DNA of 64,000 nucleotides from a virus, in the IMG/VR virus record IMGVR_UViG_3300032116_015770. One strand, written 5' to 3'. Positions within the stretch are counted from its first letter, which is position 1. Each line of letters opens with the position of its first letter. The position numbers and the translations under genes were made by a program. The notes below the pieces were generated by a model. It was given only the letters and a program-made list of their open reading frames with translations. It was not told the DNA's origin and did not search any database. This document shows positions 27,308 through 37,712 of this stretch, piece by piece.

Positions 27308-28498
27308 ATGGAAAAGAAAATCGATATTGATAGTATTGCTGCGGCACTATCTCCAAGGAAGACAATTATCACTTCTCTGAGAAAGAAGCTCGGAGAATTA
27401 GATAGCGCTTTGTCTCAAATTGAATCGTATCGTGTACCGGTTAAGGTAGTTTTTTTCGGTAAGAGTGTTGCTTTTAGAGTAGGTTCTAGTTCTATAAAAG
27501 ATATTAAAGTAGAAGGTATCACAGGATTACTTACCGGGTTTAAAGGGGAATTTAGAGGTGATTTTTTAGATGAGTTTTTGAAGTTAGTTTCTAACCCTGG
27601 TATTATTAATAAACAGAAATTAGTTATACTGTCAGCAGGTTATTATATATTATTCAGACGTAATGATGTATTAACGGAGATTGATAAGAGTGTGCAAGCT
27701 GAATCAGCACAAATTATTCAAACTTCTTCTGAGTTAGCTCAACTAAAAAGAAATGGTGAGTCTATTGCAATAAAGCTAGGTAAAGAAATATATAAGGTTG
27801 ACGAATTTAAAAAGGTACCAGCTACCCCTAAAGCTGATGCTGCTTTTTACTATCAAAATAAACCAGTAATTTACCTGTCATTGAAAAAGGGTGCAGGTCC
27901 TGCTAATTTTCAACAGTATGGTGGCTGGGCTGGTGACTTAGGGATAAAAACAAGACATGATGTAAGGGGTAAGCCTATTTTTGAAAATTTTGTAGCACGT
28001 GTTGAAAATATATTTGCAAATCTTGGTCTTGTACCAGATCAAAACGGTAGATTTAATTTTAATGATTTAAAAAAAGGTTCATATTTCGGTAACCCTATTA
28101 CTAATGAGTACGTAGGTTACAAAGTAAAATTTGGTAAAGATTATTCACCTTCTTCTTCTTTTGGTATTAACAATGTTCACGCCTTAGTAGATGGGGATAT
28201 TAAATTTAAGTATGAACAAGGCTACTACACATTAGATGGTCAATATCATTTTGAGCTTAACCCTATTCTGGAACCTAATATGCTTAAAAGATCACAAAAT
28301 GATGAAATATATAAACCTGTTTTAATGGTATATAAATCAGAAGGACAGGGTCTTAATCAAGGCGGATTCTCCAACGCACGTGCTGCTATTTGGCCTAATA
28401 ATAGAGTAGCTCAATCAGCGGTAGACAAGTTTAATCTCGCAGAGCAACTTATAAAAAGCAAACAGATTGATAAATTAAAGGAAACGTTCCTTAAATGA
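27308..28498 (+). CDS. putative PD-(D/E)xK restriction-endonuclease-like protein
   Basis: PKAD...YLSLKKG...FQQYGG variant nuclease motif. Confidence 0.5.
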   Translation: MEKKIDIDSIAAALSPRKTIITSLRKKLGELDSALSQIESYRVPVKVVFFGKSVAFRVGSSSIKDIKVEGITGLLTGFKGEFRGDFLDEFLKLVSNPGIINKQKLVILSAGYYILFRRNDVLTEIDKSVQAESAQIIQTSSELAQLKRNGESIAIKLGKEIYKVDEFKKVPATPKADAAFYYQNKPVIYLSLKKGAGPANFQQYGGWAGDLGIKTRHDVRGKPIFENFVARVENIFANLGLVPDQNGRFNFNDLKKGSYFGNPITNEYVGYKVKFGKDYSPSSSFGINNVHALVDGDIKFKYEQGYYTLDGQYHFELNPILEPNMLKRSQNDEIYKPVLMVYKSEGQGLNQGGFSNARAAIWPNNRVAQSAVDKFNLAEQLIKSKQIDKLKETFLK

Positions 28499-29685
28499 AT
28501 TTCAAACAATATCTAACAGAAGCAGCTTCAGAAGAGCGTTTGACTCATCTTGAGCACGCAGAAGATCATATTATTCATTATGGTGAAGATGGATTTACTC
28601 ATGCTTTCCATAATTTAAATGATGTGCATGAGCAACTATCCGATAAGAAAAATAAAACCACTATCATGACTAAGTACGATGGATCACCATCCGTTGTATT
28701 CGGTCATCATCCTGAAACCGGTAAGTTCTTTGTAACTACAAAGTCTGCTTGGAACAAGAACCCTAAGTTAAATTTCTCTGAAAAAGACATAGAAGCTAAT
28801 CACGGTCATCAACCTGGATTAGTACAAAAACTTAAAACCGCTTTACAACATCTTCCAAAAGTTACACCTAAAAAAGGTATCTTCCAAGGCGACCTAATGC
28901 ATTCAGGTGTCAAGTCTTCGTCTAACCCTCGTGGTGATATTGTCAGCCACGGTGGTAAATATCACTTTACACCTAACACTATTACCTATTCGACATCGCA
29001 CGGTTCAGATGAAGGTAAGAATATTGAAAAGTCTAAAGTGGGTATTGTCGTACATACAGCGTACCACGGTAATAAGTTTGAGAATTTAAAACCTGATTAC
29101 GCCCCTGATCTTTCTCATTTTGGAAAACATCAAGATGTGCACATGATAGATAACAGAAACGATGTTGAAGGTGCTAAGATGTCAACTGAGCAGAGTATGA
29201 ACTTTAGACATCATATGGGTGCTGCTACAAACTTCTTTAAAGATAAGAATACATCTAAAGCCTTTAAACATATTCAAGGTCACGAAGACCACCTCTCTAC
29301 TTTTATCAACAAATCAATTAGAGATAGCAAAGCTCCTAGTGTTGAAGACTACATGGAGCATGTTAAATCAAGACACCTTAAAGACATATCTAAGGTTAAA
29401 ACGCAAAAGTCAATTGATCAAAAAACAGCTACAATGAATGATCAGTTAAGCCATATTGAAAAGAATAAAGCAAGCTTTACGCATGTACTAAATATGCATA
29501 AACATTTACAGGGTGCTAAAGACGAACTAGTTCATGCGCTATCAGCCAAACCCAAATACGAACATACCATTAACGGTACCTCGTCTAAACCCGAAGGATA
29601 TGTGGTAGTAAGAAACAATAGACCAACTAAACTTGTTGATCGCCAGGAATTCAGTCGTGCTAATTTCTTAGCCAGAGAGACTTAA
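28495..29685 (+). CDS. DUF6267-like ligase/nucleotidyltransferase-fold protein
   Basis: THLEH.ED, KYDGSP (KxDG), FQGD, EGYVV, KLVDR; N-terminal MNFKQYLTE. Confidence 0.7.
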   Translation: MNFKQYLTEAASEERLTHLEHAEDHIIHYGEDGFTHAFHNLNDVHEQLSDKKNKTTIMTKYDGSPSVVFGHHPETGKFFVTTKSAWNKNPKLNFSEKDIEANHGHQPGLVQKLKTALQHLPKVTPKKGIFQGDLMHSGVKSSSNPRGDIVSHGGKYHFTPNTITYSTSHGSDEGKNIEKSKVGIVVHTAYHGNKFENLKPDYAPDLSHFGKHQDVHMIDNRNDVEGAKMSTEQSMNFRHHMGAATNFFKDKNTSKAFKHIQGHEDHLSTFINKSIRDSKAPSVEDYMEHVKSRHLKDISKVKTQKSIDQKTATMNDQLSHIEKNKASFTHVLNMHKHLQGAKDELVHALSAKPKYEHTINGTSSKPEGYVVVRNNRPTKLVDRQEFSRANFLARET

Positions 29686-29749
29686 CTTGATCGGTCCACA
29701 TTGGAATTTTACAGGCAAGGCAATAGAAAATCCATACTAAGGTACCAAA

Positions 29750-30082
29750 ATGTCAATCGCATATAATCTATTCATTGACCAGGGAGCTACGTTCTCTGCC
29801 AATGTTACAGTAAAAGATAACTCAAATTCAGTTAGAGATTTAACCGGTTATACAGCACGTTCTCAAATGAGACGTTCATACTATTCTGCTAACTCTACCG
29901 CATTCACCGCAACTATTGGAACCCCTTTATCAGGTAACGTAACACTCTTCTTGTCAGATGCCGTTACTGCAAACCTAAAACCTGGTAGACATGTTTATGA
30001 TGTAGAGATCATCAGCTCAGCTAATGTTGTTGAACGTGTTTATGAAGGTATCGTTACAGTATACCCTGAAGTAACTAGATGA
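29750..30082 (+). CDS. virion structural protein
   Basis: IDQGATF, DLTGYTARSQMR, YDVEI, EGIVTVYPEVT. Confidence 0.75.
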   Translation: MSIAYNLFIDQGATFSANVTVKDNSNSVRDLTGYTARSQMRRSYYSANSTAFTATIGTPLSGNVTLFLSDAVTANLKPGRHVYDVEIISSANVVERVYEGIVTVYPEVTR

Positions 30083-30885
30083 AGACTATAAAAGAAAAGC
30101 AGATGTTTGTTAAATGGGCTAAGGCTATGAACCAGCCTATTGACAACACCTTGCTGGAAGAAGTGGATAAGTATGAGAAATTGCAAAATGAAATACTTGA
30201 GTCGGTTAGAGGTAATGCATTAAATGATATAGTTGAAGCTTCACATACAAGACCTTTACCTGAGAAAAAACATATTGAGTTTCCTAAGCCACCCACTTTA
30301 GATGAAGTTCTAAATGTATACAAGGAGGAAACAAATGAGTTGGTACAACCACAAACCGAGCAAGCAGTCGAAACCAGTCAACCCCCCACAACCAAGCCAC
30401 CCTCCGAAACGCTAATAGATAAAGTTGCAAGTCATATAACAAAAGAAGTTAAGCTGGAAGAAAAAGCGGATTCATATCAGCAGCCAGATCCTCATATCGA
30501 TATAAGATCTTTAAATGATGTTAAGAAAAAAATAAAGTTCTTAGAAGAGTGGGTAGGTAAAATATCCTTAGCAGGGCCCGGTGGTGGTGCTGGTGATGTT
30601 ATAAATCTGGACATGCCAACCAAGCTTGTCACAGGTGATTACACTATTACAAGGCGTGATTACTATGTAGGTGTAAATTGTTCTGTAAAAGCTAATATTA
30701 CTTTACCTGATCCTTCTACTATAGTTAACGGTAGAGAAGTAATAATTAAGGATGAATCAGGACATGCTCAATTAACACCTATAAAAGTTATTGGTACGGT
30801 AGATAATGACCCTAATGGGTTTGAAATAAGAATAAACAACGGATCAGTAACTTTAATTTACAGAGATGGATGGAGAATAGTATGA
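30079..30885 (+). CDS. probable virion protein
   Basis: GPGGGAG linker; DYYVGVN..ITLP..IIKDESG tail-fibre-like C-terminus. Confidence 0.6.
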   Translation: MKTIKEKQMFVKWAKAMNQPIDNTLLEEVDKYEKLQNEILESVRGNALNDIVEASHTRPLPEKKHIEFPKPPTLDEVLNVYKEETNELVQPQTEQAVETSQPPTTKPPSETLIDKVASHITKEVKLEEKADSYQQPDPHIDIRSLNDVKKKIKFLEEWVGKISLAGPGGGAGDVINLDMPTKLVTGDYTITRRDYYVGVNCSVKANITLPDPSTIVNGREVIIKDESGHAQLTPIKVIGTVDNDPNGFEIRINNGSVTLIYRDGWRIV

Positions 30886-32150
30886 CGTATTTGTTTGATG
30901 ATAAGATTAGATACGATGATAGCGCAAATCTGGACGCATTCGGTGGACTTAGAACCAGCGTTCCTAGAGTTTTAAGTGACTATAGATTTCATTATGATGA
31001 GGGTGCAATTACAGTTACAGAAAATTTAACCACAGGTTCAGGAACAGTCACTCCTGACTTTGCTAATACACAAGTTCTAGGATCTGTCACAACCGCTTCA
31101 GGGGATAGAGCACTCCTTCAATCCAAACAATATCATCCTTACATTTCAGGCACGTCCAACAAATGTTTAATGACATTTAGAATGGATACTCCAAAGGCTA
31201 ATGTATCTCAGATGGTTGGTTTGTTTGATGATGATAATGGAATATTTTTTAGAATGAATGGTACTACACCTGAAATGGTTATTCGTAAAAAAGGTGTTGA
31301 TAATGAAATAGTAGCGAAAACTGCATGGAACCTGGACCGTTTAGATGGTTCTATGAATGAAAATAATAAGAGCGGTATTACTGTTGATTTTACTAAGTGT
31401 CAAATTTTTATATGTGATTATCAATGGTTAGGTGTAGGTAGAGTAAGAGTAGGGTTTGTTATAGATGGCCAACCAATCTTCGTACATCAGTTCTTACACG
31501 CCAATAATACGACCGAGCCTTACATGATGCAACCTAGTTTACCGGTCAGGTGGGAAATACGAAACACAGGTACATCATCATCTAGCACAACTATGCAATT
31601 TATTTGTGCAGGAGTTTATTGTGAAGGAGCCGAGAGAGAAGTTGGGTTTTCTAGATCAGTGAGTACAGATGGAACTGTAACTACCATTAATAATGCTACA
31701 GATGGTCAATGTATATTAGCTATTAAATTAAAAGATACTATTGTTGGTAAGAAAAATAAAGTATTTGCTCGCTTAAAAGAGTGGGATATATTTGCTACCA
31801 ACGATATGAATTATAAAGTAATTATTGCCCCTAATTCTGATTCTATTTTTAGTGTTACACCTACCTGGTCGGATGTCCCTGGTTACAGTTTTTGCCAGTA
31901 CGTTAAAGCCCCTACACTTAAAGCTGGGTGGGCTGCTAATGTAAAATATAGTGTTATTGCAGACGCTTTTGCGGCTGGAGCTACCGGTGTAGGATCTGGT
32001 TCTAGTCAGATAACAGGTTCATTTTCTATTGCGGATACAATATATCAAAACTACCACTCTAATAACAGTCAAGTTCTAGCTGTTATAGGATATAAATTAG
32101 CTAATAACGCTGATACTAAAGCGTCTTTACGTTGGATAGAGGTAAGATGA
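30882..32150 (+). CDS. probable virion structural protein (beta-rich)
   Basis: DAFGGLR, GLFDDDNGIFF, YQWLGVGRVRVG. Confidence 0.65.
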   Translation: MTYLFDDKIRYDDSANLDAFGGLRTSVPRVLSDYRFHYDEGAITVTENLTTGSGTVTPDFANTQVLGSVTTASGDRALLQSKQYHPYISGTSNKCLMTFRMDTPKANVSQMVGLFDDDNGIFFRMNGTTPEMVIRKKGVDNEIVAKTAWNLDRLDGSMNENNKSGITVDFTKCQIFICDYQWLGVGRVRVGFVIDGQPIFVHQFLHANNTTEPYMMQPSLPVRWEIRNTGTSSSSTTMQFICAGVYCEGAEREVGFSRSVSTDGTVTTINNATDGQCILAIKLKDTIVGKKNKVFARLKEWDIFATNDMNYKVIIAPNSDSIFSVTPTWSDVPGYSFCQYVKAPTLKAGWAANVKYSVIADAFAAGATGVGSGSSQITGSFSIADTIYQNYHSNNSQVLAVIGYKLANNADTKASLRWIEVR

Positions 32151-32767
32151 AGACATTTAAACAAGTTAGAGAAAATTTTATGGATGGTCGTAATCCTCAA
32201 GATAAAGGGGATATGGCTAGACATGGTTTAAAGGGTAAATCTATTACTCAATTAAAAAAGATCAGATCATCTGACACAGCTACTAAGCGCCAAAAGCAAC
32301 TTGCTCATTGGAAAATTAATATGACGCAAGGTAGACGTAAGATGGATGAAGAGCTAGACGAAGGTATCAAACAAGCTATTGCTGCTACTGCCCTAGCTAC
32401 CGCAGCAGCTGCTTCGCCTCATACACATGCACAAGAACCTGTACAACATCCAAGCAATCCACATTTGGTTGCTCATGTTGAGCACGAAGGTAAAGTTCAT
32501 AGATTTGACCTTGAAAAGATGTTTAAATCTCATGAACATGCGAGAAAACATATGACGTCCGCTTTAAAGAAGCATGGTATGGGTGGTGCGATCATGCATA
32601 TTTCTGTTAAAGATCATGAGGAAAAATCCCCTTCCTACTCTGTAAAGCATAACGCATATATGGAAAAAGAGCCTTATTCACACAAAGGAAGTTCTACTGA
32701 TTATTCGGATAACAAGCCTTATTCACCGAAACATTCAGATAAAGACTACTTTTCTCCAGCAAAATAA
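32147..32767 (+). CDS. hypothetical protein with capsid-targeting-like N-terminus
   Basis: MKTFKQVRE; LDE protease-like sites; His-rich. Confidence 0.6.
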   Translation: MKTFKQVRENFMDGRNPQDKGDMARHGLKGKSITQLKKIRSSDTATKRQKQLAHWKINMTQGRRKMDEELDEGIKQAIAATALATAAAASPHTHAQEPVQHPSNPHLVAHVEHEGKVHRFDLEKMFKSHEHARKHMTSALKKHGMGGAIMHISVKDHEEKSPSYSVKHNAYMEKEPYSHKGSSTDYSDNKPYSPKHSDKDYFSPAK

Positions 32768-32807
32768 AAAGATAAATAATCCAATTGTAACGTTTTTAAT
32801 ATATCCA

Positions 32808-34010
32808 ATGGCCTTCAAAGAATACTTAAAAGAAGCTGAAAAAGCTAAAACAGCCGCCATCTTATTTGGTCGCATGAACCCTCCTACTTCCGGTCACGAA
32901 GAGAACGTAGAGGGTCTTAAAAAAATTGCTAAACAGCATAATGCCGATCATCTGGTAATTGCATCTCATTCTCAGGATGCAAAGAAAAATCCTCTTACTG
33001 CACAGCAAAAAACTAAACATTTAAAGCGTGCGTTTCCCGGTACAAATATTACCACCTCTTCAAAAGAAAAACCTACTATCTTCCATCATCTTTCTGATTT
33101 GCATAGCAAAGGTTATGAGCATGTAGTTATTGCAGGTGGTTCAGACAGAGCTGAAGAGTATAATCGTCTTAAAGCTTACAATGGTAAAGAAGGTAAGCAC
33201 GGGTATTATAATTTTAAATCCATTAAAACAGTTAATACTGGTGAAAGGAAGCAAGGTGTATCCGGTACTGATATGCGCACACATGCCACTAATAATGACT
33301 TTGCATCTTTTAGAAAAGGTCTACCAAGTAAACTTGCAGCCCATGAGGGACATGCAAAAGAATTATTTCACGATGTTAGATCAGGTATGGGACTTCACGA
33401 AATCTACGACCCACATTTAAAAGTATCTAAGTATCAATGGGGTGAAATAGAAGGAGTAAATAAAATGAAATCTATGACACCAGGTGAAAAACAACAGAAG
33501 AAAAAGATACGTGAAGATTATGTTTCCGGTAATACCTTTAAATTATATGAGAATGTTCGTACAATAGAGGGTAAGGATGCCAAAGTTGTTTTCCGGGGTT
33601 CGAATTATGTAACATTAAAGTACTTAGATGGTACCGTAGAGAAAAGATGGCTACATGATGTAATGGAAGCTAAGGTACCAGTTACGTATAGAACATTTGT
33701 TTCTAATAACGAAAGAAAAATTCCTTTACTTCTAATGAACGAAGATCAAAGACGTGAATTAGTAGAGCAAAGAATGCAACTTGAGTTCGATGGTATTGAA
33801 ACTAAGAACTTTGATATGTGTGCTGATGCTTTCGCACAATTTAGAAAAATGATTGAAACAATTCGTAACGGTGGCTTATTAGGTGAACCAACCGGTCACG
33901 CAGTTACTCCATCCCACAGTGCCCCTACTCATAAAACAGTGCAAGCTGGTATTGCTATGAAACCCGATACTATGAGACGTATGCAATTTAAACAATACTT
34001 GAACGTATAA
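32808..34010 (+). CDS. cytidyltransferase-like (HxGH) nucleotidyltransferase
   Basis: FGRMNPPTSGH, KKNPL, AGGSDR, GVSGTDMR. Confidence 0.85.
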   Translation: MAFKEYLKEAEKAKTAAILFGRMNPPTSGHEENVEGLKKIAKQHNADHLVIASHSQDAKKNPLTAQQKTKHLKRAFPGTNITTSSKEKPTIFHHLSDLHSKGYEHVVIAGGSDRAEEYNRLKAYNGKEGKHGYYNFKSIKTVNTGERKQGVSGTDMRTHATNNDFASFRKGLPSKLAAHEGHAKELFHDVRSGMGLHEIYDPHLKVSKYQWGEIEGVNKMKSMTPGEKQQKKKIREDYVSGNTFKLYENVRTIEGKDAKVVFRGSNYVTLKYLDGTVEKRWLHDVMEAKVPVTYRTFVSNNERKIPLLLMNEDQRRELVEQRMQLEFDGIETKNFDMCADAFAQFRKMIETIRNGGLLGEPTGHAVTPSHSAPTHKTVQAGIAMKPDTMRRMQFKQYLNV

Positions 34011-34014
34011 TACT

Positions 34015-34443
34015 ATGTTAAAAGATACTTTAAAACAAACTTTAGCAGATGCTTTTACTTTTTATTTAAAAGCTCAATTTTATCATTGGAATGTAGAGGG
34101 TCCTGATTTCGTTCAATATCATGATTTTCTAGGTGAGTTGTATGAGGACGTGCAAGGGTCGGTAGATACCATTGCTGAACTAATTCGTACTTTAGATGAA
34201 TACGCACCGGGTACTTTAAGACGTATGCAAGAACTAACATCTATTACAGAGTCGGATGTTATTCCTAACGGTCTAGAGATGATGCGCAATTTATTTACAG
34301 AGAATTTAAAATTGTTAGCTACATTAATGACAGCTTATAAAGATGCTACTGACGCTGGTGAAGAAGGTATTGCTAATTATCTACAAGACAGAATTCAAGC
34401 TCATGAAAAACATAGTTGGATGTTAAGGTCTATAATCAAATGA
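34015..34443 (+). CDS. dps: Dps DNA-protecting ferritin
   Basis: FYHWNVEG..F...H, DTIAELIR, HEKHSWML. Confidence 0.93.
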   Translation: MLKDTLKQTLADAFTFYLKAQFYHWNVEGPDFVQYHDFLGELYEDVQGSVDTIAELIRTLDEYAPGTLRRMQELTSITESDVIPNGLEMMRNLFTENLKLLATLMTAYKDATDAGEEGIANYLQDRIQAHEKHSWMLRSIIK

Positions 34444-35417
34444 AATTAGAAAATCCAGAATTAAATAAGCAGCATGAGTTGCTAAAAAACGCCATGCAGG
34501 CTACTGACAACTACTTGTTTATTGAAAAAAAAGCAAAAGAGTTAGGTAAAGCTACCCCTCATATGATACATGATTTTACCTATCATATGTCTGCTGCCCA
34601 TGATGCTTTAGAGGCATTGGGTGTACTTAATCAACATGAAGACTACATGAAAGTACATGTTGAAGAAATGCGAAAATTAGCTATTCACGATGACCCGGTA
34701 TTAGCTGATTTACCCTACGCGCATGTACCAGCTTCGGATGTTGGTGAGGTAGAAGAAGCTGTAAAAATGCCAATGTCTGCGCATGAAAAGTTTAAACAAG
34801 GTCTTAAAAAGTCAGGTTATGATCCAGATGCAGGAGCCAAAAGATTATTAGACGTTATTGCTAAGAATAAAAAAGCCCGTGAAGATTTTGAAGCAAAGCA
34901 GAAAAAAGATCATGAAGCTCATTTAGAGCGTATGTCAAAACTTAATACTGAAGAAACTGAATCAGATGAGGAAGATAATTTAACCGAAGATGACTTAGAT
35001 AAAATGGTAAATGATCTTACATGGGAAGATATTGTAGATTATTACGAAGATGATGAGCTTGTTGAAGATGATAAAGAAGAAATAGAAGAAGCTCTCTCCG
35101 CTCAAGCTCGCATGAAAAAGAGACAAGCTTTTTCTAGAACCAAAGGCAAAAGAGGTGTAGCGTTACGTATGAAATTGCGTCGTGCCTCTACTTCTGAAAC
35201 CTTAAAGAAAAGAGCGATCTTAGCCGCCCGTAGAGCTTTGTACAAGCGTCTTTTACGTGGAAGAGATAAATCACAATTATCAGCTTCTGAAAAGTCTAGA
35301 GTTGAGCAGCAAGTGAAGAGAATGAAGACCTTCCAAAATAATCTAGTATTAAAAATGATGCCAAAGATTCGTTCTATTGAACAAAAAAGATTAGCTCACT
35401 ACAGGTCAAAAAAGTGA
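34440..35417 (+). CDS. hypothetical protein, acidic linker and basic C-terminus (probably packaged)
   Basis: VEE/IEE sites; R/K-rich C-terminal domain. Confidence 0.65.
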   Translation: MKLENPELNKQHELLKNAMQATDNYLFIEKKAKELGKATPHMIHDFTYHMSAAHDALEALGVLNQHEDYMKVHVEEMRKLAIHDDPVLADLPYAHVPASDVGEVEEAVKMPMSAHEKFKQGLKKSGYDPDAGAKRLLDVIAKNKKAREDFEAKQKKDHEAHLERMSKLNTEETESDEEDNLTEDDLDKMVNDLTWEDIVDYYEDDELVEDDKEEIEEALSAQARMKKRQAFSRTKGKRGVALRMKLRRASTSETLKKRAILAARRALYKRLLRGRDKSQLSASEKSRVEQQVKRMKTFQNNLVLKMMPKIRSIEQKRLAHYRSKK

Positions 35418-35836
35418 AACAGTTTAAACATTTAAGACAGGAACTGTTTGAAGAAAGTTGTCCTGTAGCAACTCAAAACTTAGATGTGAATGTTGCTAAT
35501 AGACAACATGCTATAGATGAATATCATTATGGGCCTGCTAATCCAGACGTACCAGGTGACTATTGGAAAAAAGCCGCTAAAATTTGGGGCATAGATGAAA
35601 AAACTGCTATGTCTATGAAGTGTGAAAATTGCGCTGCATTTGATATCTCAGACAAAATGAGAAGATGTATAGAAGTAGGTATGAAAGGTAAGGAAGATGC
35701 GGCAGATACGATGGCAACTGCAGAAAAAGCCGATCTAGGTTATTGTAATATATTACATTTTAAATGCGCAGGTACAAGATCCTGTAGTGTATGGTTAACT
35801 AACGGTCCTATCGATAATCAAGACAGAACTGAGTAA
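35414..35836 (+). CDS. Cys-motif protein (HiPIP-like pattern)
   Basis: CENCAAF...GYC..LHFKC...RSC..W; GTG start, MKQFKHL N-terminus. Confidence 0.55.
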   Translation: MKQFKHLRQELFEESCPVATQNLDVNVANRQHAIDEYHYGPANPDVPGDYWKKAAKIWGIDEKTAMSMKCENCAAFDISDKMRRCIEVGMKGKEDAADTMATAEKADLGYCNILHFKCAGTRSCSVWLTNGPIDNQDRTE

Positions 35837-35838
35837 TA

Positions 35839-36459
35839 ATGTTTACAGTTACAGATAGTAACTTGAGGCCTTTTTTACATTTATGTAATCGAGTAAGTAA
35901 CGATGTAATAAATGAGCAGTATATTAGATATTTTGATAATGATGGTTTTGAGTTATCATACCTTGAGCAAGAATACTATAGAGAAAATAACATTAACATG
36001 AATTCCTGCCTTAATCATACATGCGATCAAAAAGTATGGTTTGAAGGTGGTAGTGATGGTTTAAAAGTTGATCATGCTTTAATTCTACATAGATGGGAAT
36101 TTCAAGGTGAAGCAAGATGTCAACTTTTAAATCATGTTCACAGGTTTCGCGAGCTTAATAAATACTTAATGCTTAAGCCCAAGTGGGGTATAGATTTTGC
36201 ATTAGAGTATTATACTGAGAATGAAGCTATTGAGGTAATGCATTTTGAAAATGACTATCCTTCTTATCAGCTAGCTCAAGAAGCAAAATTATATTTTGAG
36301 AATAAAATATTAAGTACTGATTGGTTAGATTTTGCTAAGTATCTAATTAATAATAAAGACCAATGGCAGTACTTACAGGGCATGGCTCAAAATGATTGGA
36401 AAGCTAAACATTGGGGCCTTAATAAAGCAGAAGAAACATTAAAGTCATTCACACAATGA
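35839..36459 (+). CDS. conserved hypothetical protein
   Basis: FDNDGFEL..LEQ, KPKWGIDF. Confidence 0.65.
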   Translation: MFTVTDSNLRPFLHLCNRVSNDVINEQYIRYFDNDGFELSYLEQEYYRENNINMNSCLNHTCDQKVWFEGGSDGLKVDHALILHRWEFQGEARCQLLNHVHRFRELNKYLMLKPKWGIDFALEYYTENEAIEVMHFENDYPSYQLAQEAKLYFENKILSTDWLDFAKYLINNKDQWQYLQGMAQNDWKAKHWGLNKAEETLKSFTQ

Positions 36460-36998
36460 AATTTAAAGAATATTTACAGAGCGAAGCAGTTTGGGATCAG
36501 CCTAATCCTAATAGGGGTAAGGGTGGTAAAATGACACCAGCTCAGAAAGCAGAAGCTAAACGTCGTGCCAAAGCTGCAGGTAGACCATATCCAAATTTAG
36601 TAGATAACATGGCTGCTATGAAAGAGTCAATTATCTACAATACTTATTTTTGTGGTGAGGATGATGGTATAGTTGAAGATGTATTTACATCAGATGGAAA
36701 TGATCTTTATGAGGACTGGGGAGAGTTATCCGAAGAGGATAATGAGGGTAAGAAGCTTAACAAGCCGTTTCTTACACCAGGTGGTCCAAAAAAGAGAGCA
36801 GTTTACGTTAAGAATGACAAAGGTAACACAGTAAAAGTAAGCTTTGGGGATCCTAATCTTTCTATTAAAAGAGATGATCCTGAAAGAAGAAAAAGTTTTA
36901 GAGCCAGACATAATTGCAGCGATCCTGGTCCAAAATGGAAAGCAAGATATTGGTCATGTAAGTACTGGTCTTCTACCCCAGTTTCAAAATTAGATTAA
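36456..36998 (+). CDS. DUF6321-like protein
   Basis: KLNKPF..GGPKK..VYVK..KVSFGDP..RRKSFRARHNC..ARYWSC. Confidence 0.7.
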   Translation: MKFKEYLQSEAVWDQPNPNRGKGGKMTPAQKAEAKRRAKAAGRPYPNLVDNMAAMKESIIYNTYFCGEDDGIVEDVFTSDGNDLYEDWGELSEEDNEGKKLNKPFLTPGGPKKRAVYVKNDKGNTVKVSFGDPNLSIKRDDPERRKSFRARHNCSDPGPKWKARYWSCKYWSSTPVSKLD

Positions 36999-37009
36999 GA
37001 GGAATAACA

Positions 37010-37702
37010 ATGTACGATTTAAGATCAATTTCAAAAAGTCTTCAGGATGCAGCTAGAGAAATTCTAGAAGCAAAAAAACCATTACATCCTAATCAGCAGA
37101 AGATTGATGTTCATGAGCCTGAGAAGGATAAAATTACAGCTAAAGATTTTGAGATGCTTCGCAAAGGTAAAAAAGTTGCTGAAGAAAAGATGAAAGAAAA
37201 AGAAGATGAGATGGAAGATGAGAACGATATGGATGATGAAAAAGAGGATAAAAAGAAAAAGCGTATGCATGAAGCGCGCTCGAAGAAATTCTTAGCTAAA
37301 GAAGATGTAGATGTGATGGATGATGCAGATGAGATTCTTTTAGCTACACCAATCGTGGTAGATATTAAAGAGTCATATATGTTTGGTGACTACTTATTAG
37401 CAGCTAAAGAAATTGTAGGTGAAGATCAAGCTATTGAGTTAGCTAACTATGCTTTCAATAAGCAAGACACTAATTTGTTTGTTGAACAAGTGACCAGAAG
37501 CGATATTATGTCAAAAGTTGCAACTCACAAAGCTGCAGGTCACCAAGTCTCTGAGCCTAAATATATGACAAAGGATGGTAAGCTCCATGCCGAATATGTA
37601 GTGACCGATAAGGAAACTGGTATTCGTAGAAAGTATATTCATCATGGAACTTCGCGAAAAGTCGAAAACATGGGCGCCAAAGGTAAAAGAGACGACGAAT
37701 AA
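37010..37702 (+). CDS. hypothetical charged protein (probable head-internal/core)
   Basis: ILE/AEE sites, ITAKDFEMLR repeat-type motif, GAGGA SD. Confidence 0.6.
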   Translation: MYDLRSISKSLQDAAREILEAKKPLHPNQQKIDVHEPEKDKITAKDFEMLRKGKKVAEEKMKEKEDEMEDENDMDDEKEDKKKKRMHEARSKKFLAKEDVDVMDDADEILLATPIVVDIKESYMFGDYLLAAKEIVGEDQAIELANYAFNKQDTNLFVEQVTRSDIMSKVATHKAAGHQVSEPKYMTKDGKLHAEYVVTDKETGIRRKYIHHGTSRKVENMGAKGKRDDE

Positions 37703-37712
37703 GGAGAATTAA

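Noticed and set aside
29686-29749. Possible RNA motif in the intergenic region (TGGAATTTT...AAAATCCA)
   Set aside because: Pairing is weak and AT-rich, and cannot be supported without covariation data
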